A stretch of 63,152 nucleotides of DNA, the filler included, from Octopus bimaculoides (taxonomy: Eukaryota): the NCBI RefSeq assembly GCF_001194135.2. It is 10 parts of 10 records of this genome, joined end to end, with 100 filler letters (N's around TTAATTAATTAA, not from the genome) between each part and the next. Parts side by side here need not be neighbours in the genome. Positions count along the whole stretch, not along the records: positions 22,207 to 31,562 come from NC_068988.1; positions 31,663 to 35,556 come from NC_068991.1; positions 35,657 to 42,827 come from NC_068997.1; 7 more parts are not named here. One strand, 5' to 3'. The first letter of the stretch is position 1. Each line of letters opens with the position of its first letter. This document shows positions 26,286-38,686 of the stretch, in pieces. Both the position numbers and the translations under genes were made by a program. The notes beneath the pieces were generated by a model, which was not told the origin of the DNA, made no database searches, and saw only the letters and a list, made by a program, of their open reading frames with translations.

Positions 26286-26883
26286 TAATAATAGACAGGC
26301 CGTCATGTATACAAAGTGTGTATGTACAAACATGGATATATGCGTGTGCAATAAGTACAGAGCATTGAAAGAGTCTATAATATGACATTAGAAGAATGTT
26401 CAGACACAAGGATGATAAATACCAGTTCATGGTCAAGGTACACGATAGTTGAAGTGCTGTATTAAGAAGTTGTGGCTGCAATGCAGAGCTGGTCGAGGTA
26501 CTGTTGTACAAAAAGTTGTGGCTACGATGCAGAGCCAGTCTCTTGTTACAGAAGGTTGTCGCAGGTTGTATTTGCTGTAATTCACAAACAGTGTGGAGAT
26601 AGAACCTGTGCGAGCGTTGCTGGTTGCTGTGTATGTAGAGATGATATTGATGTCGTTAATAAGATGGAGACTGCCGTATGCTGTTGGTTGAGTGCTGATG
26701 AGTCTCCATGTGGCTGCTGTTGTGTTGTCGCTGGAACTGGCTGTGTGCTCTGTGGTCAGTGGCTAGACCTCAAAAGGTCTGGAACCGAAAGACCTCGACT
26801 CGCTGTGTCACTGAAGTTTTATAGTGTGCAGTCGGCTCACTGGAAGTTTAGAAGAGACTGTCTCATGTGACCTTATCTGAAGG

Positions 26884-27034
26884 CTGTGATTGGTTGGGTT
26901 GCATATTGGCGCACAATAGAGCAAGAGACAAATTGCGCCAATACCAACCAATCAGAGTAGTGGACACAACAGAGTCCAACGGGGCGGCCGAAGGTTAGCT
27001 GTTATCTACTACGTCCATATTTATGTATATATAA
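26884..27034. promoter_or_regulatory. Palindromic CCAAT cluster with GC box and TATA-like motif
   Basis: Inverted repeat 26884-26957 holds two ATTGG and two CCAAT; GGGGCGG at 26981; TATATATAA at 27026. Function is inferred only. Confidence 0.3.
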
Positions 27035-27075
27035 CAGAGAGAGAGAGAGGAATTTCCCTTCAAGCGTACGCTACA

Positions 27076-28050
27076 GGCCACTGTATTGATGAAAAAGGGA
27101 TTCATCCTCTCAATGAAAGAGTTAAATCAATTTTAGATTTTCTCACTCCTACTTTGTTGAGAAAACTGAGAGTTTATTGGCCGATCAGTTTTTATCATTG
27201 GTTTATTCCTCACTGCGCAGAACATATGCAACCCCTCACAGATGTTCTTCAACATCACACGAGAAAAAAAAACAGCTTATTGCTCTTGATGATACAGAAT
27301 CTGCAGGCTTTAATGAAATCAATAAGGCTTTAGCTGAAGCCACCATATTGGTTCATCTGAAGCATGATGCAGCACTTCGTTTGTTAGCTGATGCCTTATA
27401 TGCTGGTGTTGGTGGCATTCTTCAACAGAATGTTAACAGAACCTGCAACGACTTCCTTTTTCTTCGAGCAACTCAGACTAGCCGAGATGAAATATAGTAC
27501 TCTGAGCCGAGAATTGTTAGCAGTGTACCTGAGCACGAAACACTTCTGGCACATACTGGAGTGTTCTCTGTTTTCCTCATCACTGATCACAAACCTCTAA
27601 CATATGTTCTGTGTTCGAAGCCTGATTGTTACTTGTCAAGGGAAATTTGGCACCTTGATTTCATATCCCAATACACCATGGATATTTGACACATTAAAGG
27701 TTCAGATAATTCTGCTGCTGACGCGCTTTCTCGTGTGCACATCGACGCACTACACATTACTCCAAGAGTTAGCTGCTGACCAGAAAATGATGAAGAACTT
27801 CTCAAGTTTTGAAATACTTTCTTTTCTCTCTCTTTCAGCTTCTTCCTTTGCCCTTAAATGATGATGATTTCTACGGATCAAGACATCCTTATATTCCAAA
27901 GACGTACGGACATTTGGTTTTTTTTTCTGCTCTGCACAATCTATCACATCCTGGAGCAAATTCCACACTGAAGTAAATTGCTGCCCAATTTGTGTACGCA
28001 GGTGTCAACAAAGATCTCAAAGAATGGCTAAGAGTTACGTCCCTTGTCAG
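27076..28050 (+). mobile_element. Ty3/Gypsy pol remnant (RT C-terminus, RNase H, integrase zinc-binding region), frameshifted
   Basis: Translates across frames to GHCIDEKGIHPLNERVKSILDF, ALAEATILVH..DA..GVGGILQQ, KYSTLSRELLAVYL..KHF, DHKPLTY, HLDFISQY..HIKGSDNSAADALSR and LHNLSHPG. These are classic Gypsy RT-RNase H-integrase motifs. Confidence 0.92.
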
Positions 28051-28054
28051 AAAG

Positions 28055-28313
28055 ATATTAGTTTTTATTTAGAATGGAAATTCCTTGCCTCTGCACCTTC
28101 ATACAATGTAAAAAATAAGAAATGCCACTTGTGCATCAACGAAAAATTTTTCATATTAAAGGCTAGATTTCAACTACTTAACTCAAAGGAAGAGCAACAT
28201 AATGCCTTCCTGCACAAGGGTAAATTTGCTTTCTCTTAGATTCCTACTACTTAACTCAAGGAAAGAGCAACATATTGCCTTCCTACACAAGGATAAATTT
28301 GCTTTCTCTAGAT
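28055..28313 (+). mobile_element. Penelope-like element 3' end (C-terminus of GIY-YIG endonuclease domain) with 73-bp-period tandem duplication
   Basis: EWKFLASAPSYNVKNKKCHLCINEKFFILK..LLNSKEE...LHKGKF resembles the PLE C-terminal W-x-PYN-x-C-x-LC-x-EK-x-I-x-LN-x-E-x-H pattern. 28173-28241 is duplicated at 28246-28313. Confidence 0.75.
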
Positions 28314-30171
28314 ATAAATAATTTTAGATATCTAACATTCATCTTCTCCATTAATGGTACCCATAATTCTTCACCATAGAAATAGTAGAATCCGATTTTA
28401 AATGTTGGCATAAACTACCTTGCAATTAAATTTTGGTTAATAGATTTATTTACGTAGGCCCATTTTAGGTAACCCAGCATTATTATCCTTACACTAAACC
28501 CATCTGAGTTTAAAGACTCTGTCTCCCACACATAACTAAATTATATTTTATTATATTATATCATATTGTATCATTTTACTACTCCTCAATATAACCTTTA
28601 CACCCTCTTATAATCATATAATGCCAGTTCTCTTAACTTTTAACATAAATTTAGACTATAGAGTGCATAAGTATCCATTCCCCTACCATGCCCCCCCCCC
28701 ACCCTAATAGTATCTTGATCCTCCACCAAAATAACAAATGAATTTGGTTGTATTTTGTAACATACTTTACCATTCCATGCTCATTGTTGGTTTGTTTCAC
28801 TTTAGTTTATTGGTCTACTGCTATTTACTGGAGACCCCCTATTGAATTTACTCATTTCACTATTCCCCCCCACACACACACACACAACGAAATAATTATT
28901 TAATACTAACTTTATACCTTACACCCACTTTTAGTCATGTATTTGCTTGATTGTTGCTTTACAGTTAGCACTTATCTATGAGCTATTAATATCGTTATTA
29001 TTATTATGTGCATTAATACATGCATGGGGGACCACTTGTTGAAACTGGTATATGTATGTACCCATGAATGGGTTAATATAACAATATCATATATATCATA
29101 ATTGATTGGGTATATAGGTGTGTGTGTACTTGAGTGTACGGATGTTGTATGCAAGTGTGCATATGTGTATGTGAGTGTATATAGGTGTATACGTATATAC
29201 ACATATATATTTATATGAGTGTGTGCATATGCATGTATATGTATGTTGAATTTTTTTTGTCATACATGCATGAGCAAATTGTAGCAAGAGCTTGCATCTG
29301 TAAAAATAATTTGTAAGTATTTTAATTTTAAATTGTAATCATTAATTTAATAAGGGATATTTACTTTTACTTATTTAATTGACCACTAGACTAACTAATT
29401 CATAGATTGTTTCGCCAATTAGCTGTGAAATTAGCTGTCTGATGGCCTAGTCAGCTCACTTATTAGGTGCACTGGATGGTAGATCAGCAGTCTCAAATTT
29501 AGGCCACTTACCCTAGTTATTACCTCCCCTTAACCATAAATATTTCCCTAATTTTCCTACAGAATAAATTCTTTTCATTGTTTTTACTAATTTCACATTG
29601 CTATTTAAAAAAAATTTGGACCATTTTCACCCTCAACCGCCTTATTTCCTAATTGTCCAAATAGGTTTCTCTCTTAATATTTATTCCATAATATTTATTT
29701 TTTTAATCTAGTATATACTGTCCAAAACATTTTAGGGCCCCTTACAACATACACCATTTTCTCATTCATTCATTTATTTATCTTACACCATATAACAGTC
29801 TCAATAGCTAGTCTGTTGTTTTTAAATTCCAACTGAACAATTATATCGAACGTTGGACCTTGGCCTATCTTACTTCAGACAACATGTGTACGAGCTTAAC
29901 CCCACCTACTAGTAAATAAATAAAAAATTACATTTAACTGATTAGCACTTTATTATGATAAATACTATTAATTAGTACTATAAACATAATTATAAAAAAT
30001 TATTATGATTAATTAAAAACCTTATTGTATCTTCACTCCTTCTCCGACTAAAACCTATTATTTTTTTATTATTATTTATTCATCCTATCCACCCCATACA
30101 AAGAATTAATCCACCAAATACTATATATTCAACTTTTCTTTTTCTTCTCCAGGATCTTCTTTTTTATTTAT

Positions 30172-30288
30172 TCTTCACTCTGATGAAGCTCCATGTTTCA
30201 AATTGGTTTTATCACCAAATATGATATTTTTAGCATATCAATGGCAATACCATGCAACATTGGAAGCAGAAACAGCTGTTAGATGGGA
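30172..30288 (+). ncRNA. Degenerate hammerhead ribozyme motif downstream of the Penelope-like 3' end
   Basis: CTGATGA (30180-30186), then GCTCCATGTT.../...AACATTGGAAGC stem II, then GAAAC-AGCT-GTT. Palindromic ACAGCTGT; stem I imperfect; A-A mismatch at the base of stem II. Confidence 0.6.
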
Positions 30289-30499
30289 TGCAGGTTATTT
30301 GTATTGAATTAATAAATGATAACTGATGTATGTCAACACACATCATCAAGGAATCCTCCCTAAAATCAAATGTTTGAAGGCAAAGTGGAGAATTTGGATT
30401 CTTTATTCCAAATGTGGCTCATCTCTACAAATATTCAGACATATATATGTGTAGCATTGGGATGTTCTAGCTTTACATATATATATGTATGTGTGTGTG

Positions 30500-30546
<47 letters not shown>

Positions 30547-31429
30547 GTTTTATTTTATTTACTGATTGATTTTTCAAATTATTAATTTGCAAATATTATA
30601 CTAATGTATTTTCATGCAGAACTACGTTTTATCAAAAAATTCCCTCCAAAAATGAATGTTTGGAAGGGATATGTTCTAAATATAACTCAAAGAGAAAAAG
30701 AAAGAAATGAGGAAAAGGAAGGGAAAAGGAAAGAAGGGAAAAAAAGAGGGATAGAAAGAAAGCAAAAAGACTTTCAGTAATGACCAAACCACACCTGTTT
30801 TTTATACGCACAGGAAAAATATGCCTTATGCACAGGAAAATATATATATATATATATTACATATTTATAGAGATATCGTTTCATAGTTTTATTGCTCATA
30901 TTTTTTACACATAATTTTTCTGCATTCTACCTTCCACCCTGCATTTTTCCTGTGCGGGTATGTGTGTATATAGACATGTGTGTCTGTACGTGCATGCGAG
31001 TATGTGTGTATATAGACATGTTTTACTCTTATTGCTTATTTTTTACACTTTTTTTACACATTTTTCTCTATTTTGCCTTTAGCTCTGTTTTTTCTTGTGC
31101 ATGTGCATATATAAACGTGTATGAACCTTTTTGTGCACGTGTGTGTGTGTGTGCAAGCGTGTATGCAGGTATGTATATATATTTTTTGGCGAATGTGTGG
31201 GTGAGCATGTGTCTTTCAGATGAGGGTGGATGAGTATATACATATAGGCGCATGTACGTGGGTGTGCAGACGTGCATGTGTATGTATGGACATGCGCACT
31301 TACGCGATTACTATGAACATTTTTACTCCCTTACCTTTACTCCCTCCCCTTACTTAGTGGTCATTCTAATAGCTCTTTTAATTTCCCTTTGTTTAGCGGT
31401 CATTTTCATAGCATATCATTTGATGGCCC

Positions 31430-31490
31430 GATAACTGAAGAGGTACCGGGGTGGGTTTCTGCCCCAACATCTAAAACTCAGAGTTTTATC
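31430..31490 (+). ncRNA. Decayed hammerhead ribozyme motif
   Basis: GATAA-CTGAAGA-...-TAAAAC-TCAGA-GTT-TTATC. Perfect 5-bp stem I and intact CUGAAGA, but CGAAAC appears decayed to TAAAAC and stem II is poor. Confidence 0.45.
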
Positions 31491-31525
31491 ATGGCTACCA
31501 AATAATTGTTACATATTATATTTAC

Positions 31526-31562
<37 letters not shown>

Positions 31563-31662
31563 NNNNNNNNNNNNNNNNNNNNNNNNNNNNNNNNNNNNNN
31601 NNNNNNTTAATTAATTAANNNNNNNNNNNNNNNNNNNNNNNNNNNNNNNNNNNNNNNNNNNN

Positions 31663-31698
<36 letters not shown>

Positions 31699-31921
31699 TC
31701 TGTGTGTGTATTTATGTATGTGTATATGTGTGTGTGTGTATAGATATGAATATAAATGTATATAACGTTAGTGTATGCTAGCGTGTATATACGTTTGTTT
31801 GCATGCATGTATGTAGATAGATAGAGAGAGAGTGAGAGAGAGAGAGAGGTTTAAAATCATAACACTATTGTTTATATAAAATAGCAGTTTATGATCATAA
31901 ATATAAAATTCTGTCAAATGC

Positions 31922-32056
31922 TGACACAAGGTCAGCAATTATCCAAGGGTTAGGTGGTTAGTACTTGATTATATCGACCCCGAAAAGATGAAGAGCAACG
32001 ACGCAATTTGAACTCTCAACGTAAAACCAGAAGAAATGCCAGCACGCCACCTTCGT
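31922..32056 (-). mobile_element. SINE family A (partial)
   Basis: cacaaggtcagcaatt...atcgaccc...atttgaactc. Confidence 0.55.
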
Positions 32057-32569
32057 AACAACAACAACAACAACAATAATGATAATAATAATGATTTCTT
32101 TTATTTCACAGAACTCATTGCTAACGTTTACAAATCTGTACAGACTAATCAATACCTTGCTACAGAATAACCTCAGTTTCAACCTACATACACACACACA
32201 CGCACATACACATACACACACACACTCATTGACACACACATACTCTCTCACACACACACACACATATATATATATATAAATCTACATGTACATATATTTA
32301 CATTATATGTATATATGTATGTATGTATATATATATATATGTATATATATAATATATATATATACATGTATGTATGTATCTATGTATGTTTGTCTGCTGT
32401 GTATACAAACACAGACACTTGTATATGTCTGAATCTATTTGCATCCACTTAATATAGATCTTATTTACGTATTTATTAACGTTTGTATATCAGTATCCTT
32501 GAGCGCGCGCATGTGAGTGTAGGGGTTGAAGCCAAAGTGCTAAAACTGTTGCGAATTGTATAAGTATAT

Positions 32570-32892
32570 ATAGGCGCAGGTGTAGCTGTGTGATAAGAAG
32601 CGTACTTCCCAGCCACATAGGCACCATGCTCAGTTCCACTGCGTGGCAACTTAGGCAAGTGTTTTGTACTCTAGCCTCGGGATAGCCAAAACCTTGTGAA
32701 TGGATTTGGCGGACGGAAACTGAAAGAAGCCCGTCGTATGTGTACGTGTCTGTGTCTTTTTGTTTGCGCCATCCTACCACCGCTTGACAACCGGCGTTGG
32801 TGCGTTTGGGAAAAGAAACCGATAAAATAAGCACCAGGCTTAATAAAAAAAGAGTATTGAGATCGATTAATTCGACTAAAAATTCTTCAAGT
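32570..32892 (+). mobile_element. SINE family B
   Basis: ataggcgcagg head through gaaactgaaagaagcccgtcg, followed by tail. Confidence 0.8.
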
Positions 32893-33254
32893 AAAAAACA
32901 AAAGACACTTATAAAATCGACTGTGGCACTTTTTTCTCAAACAGGAACCTACCGCGAATTCCCTTATCTCCACGCACAAAAACATTTGGGTCATATCCCC
33001 CCTGCCCACTTTTTATTAATAAGAAGACCAGGGTTTGCATCTAGATATGTACATCTATATAATTCTTCTCTGTTCTTATTTTTGTTTTTTTACTCTAGTA
33101 TTGGACACATTTAAAGGGTTAAAGCAGTTTTAATTCTATTGAACAGGGCAGTTTCTCCGCTCTCCTTTTTTTCTCTTTTGTTCGTGGATTTTGTGAAGAA
33201 AGATAAAGAGAATGACAAACTGTTATGTTTTTGGAGAGATATTTCAATTTCTAT

Positions 33255-33448
33255 TGGCGCAAGCAAGAGGTTAAGAAACCCCTTTTGCAAACCACGTGGT
33301 TTCAGGTTCAGTTCCATGTGCAGTACCTTGAGCCAAGTATCATATATTATAACACCGGCTCAACCACTGCCTTGTCAGTGAATTTTGTTGGCGGAAACAC
33401 GGAAACTGTGTGGAAACTCGTCTGTGCATACATACCTGTATATACATG

Positions 33449-33519
<71 letters not shown>

Positions 33520-34058
33520 GTGCGTGTATATACATATATATACGTGTATATACATGTATATATATGTATGTATATATATATGTGTGTGTGTGTGTGTGTA
33601 NNNNNNNNNNNNNNNNNNNNNNNNNNNNNNNNNNNNNNNNNNNNNNNNNNNNNNNNNNNNNNNNNNNNNNNNNNNNNNNNNNNNNNNNNNNNNNNNNNNN
33701 NNNNNNNNNNNNNNNNNNNNNNNNNNNNNNNNNNNNNNNNNNNNNNNNNNNNNNNNNNNNNNNNNNNNNNNNNNNNNNNNNNNNNNNNNNNNNNNNNNNN
33801 NNNNNNNNNNNNNNNNNNNNNNNNNNNNNNNNNNNNNNNNNNNNNNNNNNNNNNNNNNNNNNNNNNNNNNNNNNNNNNNNNNNNNNNNNNNNNNNNNNNN
33901 NNNNNNNNNNNNNNNNNNNNNNNNNNNNNNNNNNNNNNNNNNNNNNNNNNNNNNNNNNNNNNNNNNNNNNNNNNNNNNNNNNNNNNNNNNNNNNNNNNNN
34001 NNNNNNNNNNNNNNNNNNNNNNNNNNNNNNNNNNNNNNNNNNNNNNNNNNNNNNNNNN

Positions 34059-34095
<37 letters not shown>

Positions 34096-34225
34096 AAGAC
34101 ATAAACCTCGGAGGGATAAAATTATCCAAGATTATATTGGTTGAATACCTAACAATATAAGCACATAATATATATACATACATACATTATACATATATAT
34201 ATACATATATATACATATATTATAC

Positions 34226-34256
<31 letters not shown>

Positions 34257-34568
34257 AATATATGTATGTATATATGTATGTATTTATGTATGAATGTATG
34301 TATGTGCGCGTGTGTGTATATATATATATATATACACATATGTGTGTAAGTAGGCATGTATATGTGTGTGTATGCATTTGTCTACCCACCACTTGACAAC
34401 TGGTGTTGGTTTGTTTACGTTCCCGTAACTCGGTGGTACAGCAAAAGTGACTGGTGGGATAAGTATCAGACTTTAAAAATGAATACTAGGGTCGACCTGT
34501 TTAGCTAAACTCGTCAACGCCGTGTGCTCCAGCATGGCAGCAGTCTTATAACTGAAACATGTAACAGT
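33255..34568 (+). mobile_element. SINE family B with greatly expanded internal microsatellite and gap
   Basis: Head-like 33255-33425 and tail 34360-34568 (ccaccacttgacaac...ctccagcatggc...ctgaaac) flank a (TG/TA)n tract and N. Confidence 0.55.
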
Positions 34569-35511
34569 AATAAAAAAAAATGTCTTATATGGGCAGTATA
34601 AAGATCGCAGTGTCATGTACATCGGGTCATATGCATCGGGTCATATTTGAAACTGGAGTGGGACGAGTCACACCTATTTCATAGAAAGCAGTCTTTTATT
34701 CAACACTCCATTGTTTCTCCATACTTGTTACTGTTTAAGAATACAAACTATTGAACGAATCACCGTTTCATTTTTATTATATATTAATAGGTTTATGGCC
34801 AGGTTCAAAGACCTTGATCCAGGGCCTTGAGACAAGTGTGAAGAAAGATGGAAACAGAATTCCCCGATGCTTACAACTGAGTGAATTCCGCTCAACTCAA
34901 ACAATAAACAAGTGGTCGTGTTAAAACGATTACCTTCTCTAGAAATAGCAACCAAAATTCTCTCTAGGCAGATTTCTACAGACTTAAAAAACATAAAGAT
35001 ATATTGAAAACGTAGTCATAGATATAGGAAAAGCTGGTGTGGGCAAGGATCTAACGCTTATGATCACAAGTCCGGTTAATGAAAGTTGAGCTGAGACTAA
35101 AAAACACAGCAGCAACAATAACAACAGCAAATACTCTTTTCAATAATGGGACTACCACCAAGCTGGAGCACCGAATTCGTGTATTTTAGTTCAATTATAT
35201 CGACTCCAATACTTAGACGGCAACAAATTTTATCGTTTTGTATTGCAATGGGTGAGTTACGACCCCTGCGGGAGTTACGTATCTTATTCGAGCTTGAATA
35301 CAATATGTGTACAGTGATATACACAAACAAAAATGTAGTCGCATACATATCTATTTCTCCTATCAATATATCTATATACCTACATACATACATATACGTA
35401 AATATCTATAATGTATCTATAATATATTACACATATACATACATAGTTATGTACATATATATATCGATATATGAATACATATATATACACATACATTCAT
35501 ATACCTGTTTA

Positions 35512-35556
<45 letters not shown>

Positions 35557-35864
35557 NNNNNNNNNNNNNNNNNNNNNNNNNNNNNNNNNNNNNNNNNNNN
35601 TTAATTAATTAANNNNNNNNNNNNNNNNNNNNNNNNNNNNNNNNNNNNNNNNNNNNTATATATATATATATTATCCGAAATGGTCATGACCTCTGGTACT
35701 TGACTGAAGAAAGAAAGCCTAGCACGACTCTTCTTTTTTGCCTGTCCTTCTAATTATTGTTTTCCTTGTCCGCCTTTGTGTTGTCTATCTGTCCGAACGT
35801 TTTAATGACCTCTATTGCGTATTTGTTCCATTTTTATATTCATATACATATATATATCTATATA

Positions 35865-35939
<75 letters not shown>

Positions 35940-36044
35940 ATGTATGTATGTATATTACAGTGTGAATCATAGGCAACATATTAGCCTTTCAAAAACGTAC
36001 AATAAGTGTTAGCTTCACTAAATATTTTTTAGTGGCGTTGTTGT

Positions 36045-36205
36045 GAAAATGCGTCAGTGACCAGGTCGCAGTTGGTGTGAAGAAAACTTTGATGACAAAT
36101 AATAAATGTTAATACAAGATAACAATCTATATTATCTACTTTATATTGTTTTAGTTTTAATACAGAATTTCAGATCAAATCACTTTCTCGGCAAGTACAT
36201 CTCCG
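36045..36205 (-). mobile_element. Degenerate copy of the same foldback family
   Basis: Contains cagtgaccaggtcgcagt and the reverse complement of ggagatgtacttgc...gatctga. Confidence 0.45.
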
Positions 36206-37851
36206 ATAAATATACTCTGTTCATGTTTCATGTTTCAAGAAGCATCAGTTTGAGAGTTGTTTTGCTGTGTTTTTTTTTTTTTTTTATAAAATTCTATTCT
36301 AAACACTGATCTTAAAGGAAGTGCAGGGCATCAACAGCAGCATTAGTAGCAACAGCAACACCTGGAGCAACAACGATGATAGCAAGCGAAACTCTACAGT
36401 TTGTATTGTCAGCAATTACAACAGCGACGACGACGATTATGACGATGACGTCGTTACCACCACCAACACCATCATTGTCACGAACATCATCATAATTAAC
36501 AAGGAAAACTACAGCGTCAACAGCAATAACAGTAATGAAAGTTATAGCTGCGAACGTGTATTGGAATAAAAAGCTAACGCTCTTTTCTGCAGCAGAATTT
36601 AGCAAATAAGAGCAACGTTTATCAACACATAAAAACGTCTACTAATTCATGTTACATATTTACGTAATCATCATTATTTTCTATTTTCGCAGCATGTAGA
36701 CACGGATTGATGAGACCATAGATATACTTACAGTATCTGTGAGTGTATGTATGAGTATATATATATATATATATATNNNNNNNNNNNNNNNNNNNNNNNN
36801 NNNNNNNNNNNNNNNNNNNNNNNNNNNNNNNNNNNNNNNNNNNNNNNNNNNNNNNNNNNNNNNNNNNNNNNNNNNNNNNNNNNNNNNNNNNNNNNNNNNN
36901 NNNNNNNNNNNNNNNNNNNNNNNNNNNNNNNNNNNNNNNNNNNNNNNNNNNNNNNNNNNNNNNNNNNNNNNNNNNNNNNNNNNNNNNNNNNNNNNNNNNN
37001 NNNNNNNNNNNNNNNNNNNNNNNNNNNNNNNNNNNNNNNNNNNNNNNNNNNNNNNNNNNNNNNNNNNNNNNNNNNNNNNNNNNNNNNNNNNNNNNNNNNN
37101 NNNNNNNNNNNNNNNNNNNNNNNNNNNNNNNNNNNNNNNNNNNNNNNNNNNNNNNNNNNNNNNNNNNNNNNNNNNNNNNNNNNNNNNNNNNNNNNNNNNN
37201 NNNNNNNNNNNNNNNNNNNNNNNNNNNNNNNNNNNNNNNNNNNNNNNNNNNNNNNNNNNNNNNNNNNNNNNNNNNNNNNNNNNNNNNNNNNNNNNNNNNN
37301 NNNNNNNNNNNNNNNNNNNNNNNNNNNNNNNNNNNNNNNNNNNNNNNNNNNNNNNNNNNNNNNNNNNNNNNNNNNNNNNNNNNNNNNNNNNNNNNNNNNN
37401 NNNNNNNNNNNNNNNNNNNNNNNNNNNNNNNNNNNNNNNNNNNNNNNNNNNNNNNNNNNNNNNNNNNNNNNNNNNNNNNNNNNNNNNNNNNNNNNNNNNN
37501 NNNNNNNNNNNNNNNNNNNNNNNNNNNNNNNNNNNNNNNNNNNNNNNNNNNNNNNNNNNNNNNNNNNNNNNNNNNNNNNATATATATATATATATAGTGA
37601 CTCGTCATTAAAATTACATATGAGTATGTGTGTATGTCTATGTGTGTATGTTTGTGTTTGCGCGTTCGCGTGTGACAAAAATTTCCTACCTAACCGTATT
37701 TAGAACGTTATATGCAGAATTTATTTGTATTTTCATACTTTATATAACAATATTCAAGAGAATAACTTCGGTATAACATCAGTAATAAGAAATTATACAC
37801 ACACATACACACATACATACATACATATATACATACTTACATACATACATA

Positions 37852-38400
37852 CGAGGTCAGACTAGTAAGTATACGGACTCTTGCCATAGTAACGAAGCTA
37901 AAGCCTGCAGTGTAAAGCCGTGCACTAAGTTTTATCGTCCTAGCTCACTAGTGCTTGGAAAAAAGACGTGTAGTGTGTGATTGTCGCATTAACCATGACA
38001 GAGAAAGTTGTCATGGCGATACTTGCTCAGAGGCCTACGCAAAGCTACAGAAAGAGTATGGAGAGGAGTGTATGAGCCGCACAGAAGTGTAATATAAGTG
38101 GTTCAGACATTTCCAAGATGGCCGAAAAAATGTCGATATTGACGAACGTTCTGGAAGACCCGCAACCAGCAGAACTGAAGAAGACATCCCAGATGTGCGT
38201 GCATCTGTGAGTGGAAGTCGCCGAATCACCATCCGTAAGGTGACAGAGGGAGTGCAGATTAGTTACGGTTCAGTTCAGTCCATTATCACTGAAGATTTGG
38301 GTAGAAAACGCGTGTCTACCAAGTTTGTACCAAAACTACTTTCACCAAAGAGACACTCAGGTTATACAAGATCTTGATTTGTGTCGAGAACAATGAAAAC
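37852..38400 (+). mobile_element. Mariner element 5' portion (TIR plus transposase N-terminal HTH)
   Basis: TA-flanked CGAGGTCAGACTAGTAAGTATACGGACT start. Translation GDTCSEAYAKLQKEYGEECMSRTEV*YKWFRHFQDGRK..DDERSGRP-like...RRITIRKV...LG.KRVSTKFVPKLL. Confidence 0.85.
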
Positions 38401-38686
38401 ATTTTGTAAACTTTGCATGGGCCTCTGAACATGTATCGCCAAGCTTTTGGCAAAATTTGATGCAATTTCTCTGGTCAACTTTCTCTGTGATGGTTAATGC
38501 GACGATCACATGCTAAACACATTCCTTCCAAGCACTGCTGTAACCAGTAGAAATGAGCTAGAACGTTAAAGCTTGGTGCGCATACGCAGCAGAGTTCAAG
38601 GTCAGTCTGTGCTAAGCGACTTTACTATGCGTGCTTCAGCTTCGTTACTATGACAACAGTTCGGATACTTATTGATCAGACCACTT
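38400..38686 (-). mobile_element. Second mariner 5' end, inverted and abutting the first
   Basis: Reverse complement matches 37852-38040 with substitutions and indels, and encodes TEKVDQRNCIKFCQKLGDTCSEAHAK. Confidence 0.8.

Noticed and set aside
26664-26708. ATGGAGAC...CTGATGA-GTCTCCAT hairpin as a type II hammerhead
   Set aside because: No GAAA after the 3' stem II strand, and the spacer is too short for stems I and III.
26472-26870. Cys-rich 132-aa ORF
   Set aside because: Cys arises from TG-rich antisense composition; no metallothionein or toxin spacing pattern and no signal peptide.
32950-33040. Collagen-like GDKGIRG peptide on the minus strand
   Set aside because: Only about two Gly-X-Y triplets and no other collagen exons in the window.
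35190-35251. 62-nt plus-strand candidate exon (QLYRLQYLDGNKFYRFVLQW, G/GTGAGT donor)
   Set aside because: Good splice signals but no recognisable homology, the opposite strand is also open, and no compatible neighbouring exon could be established.
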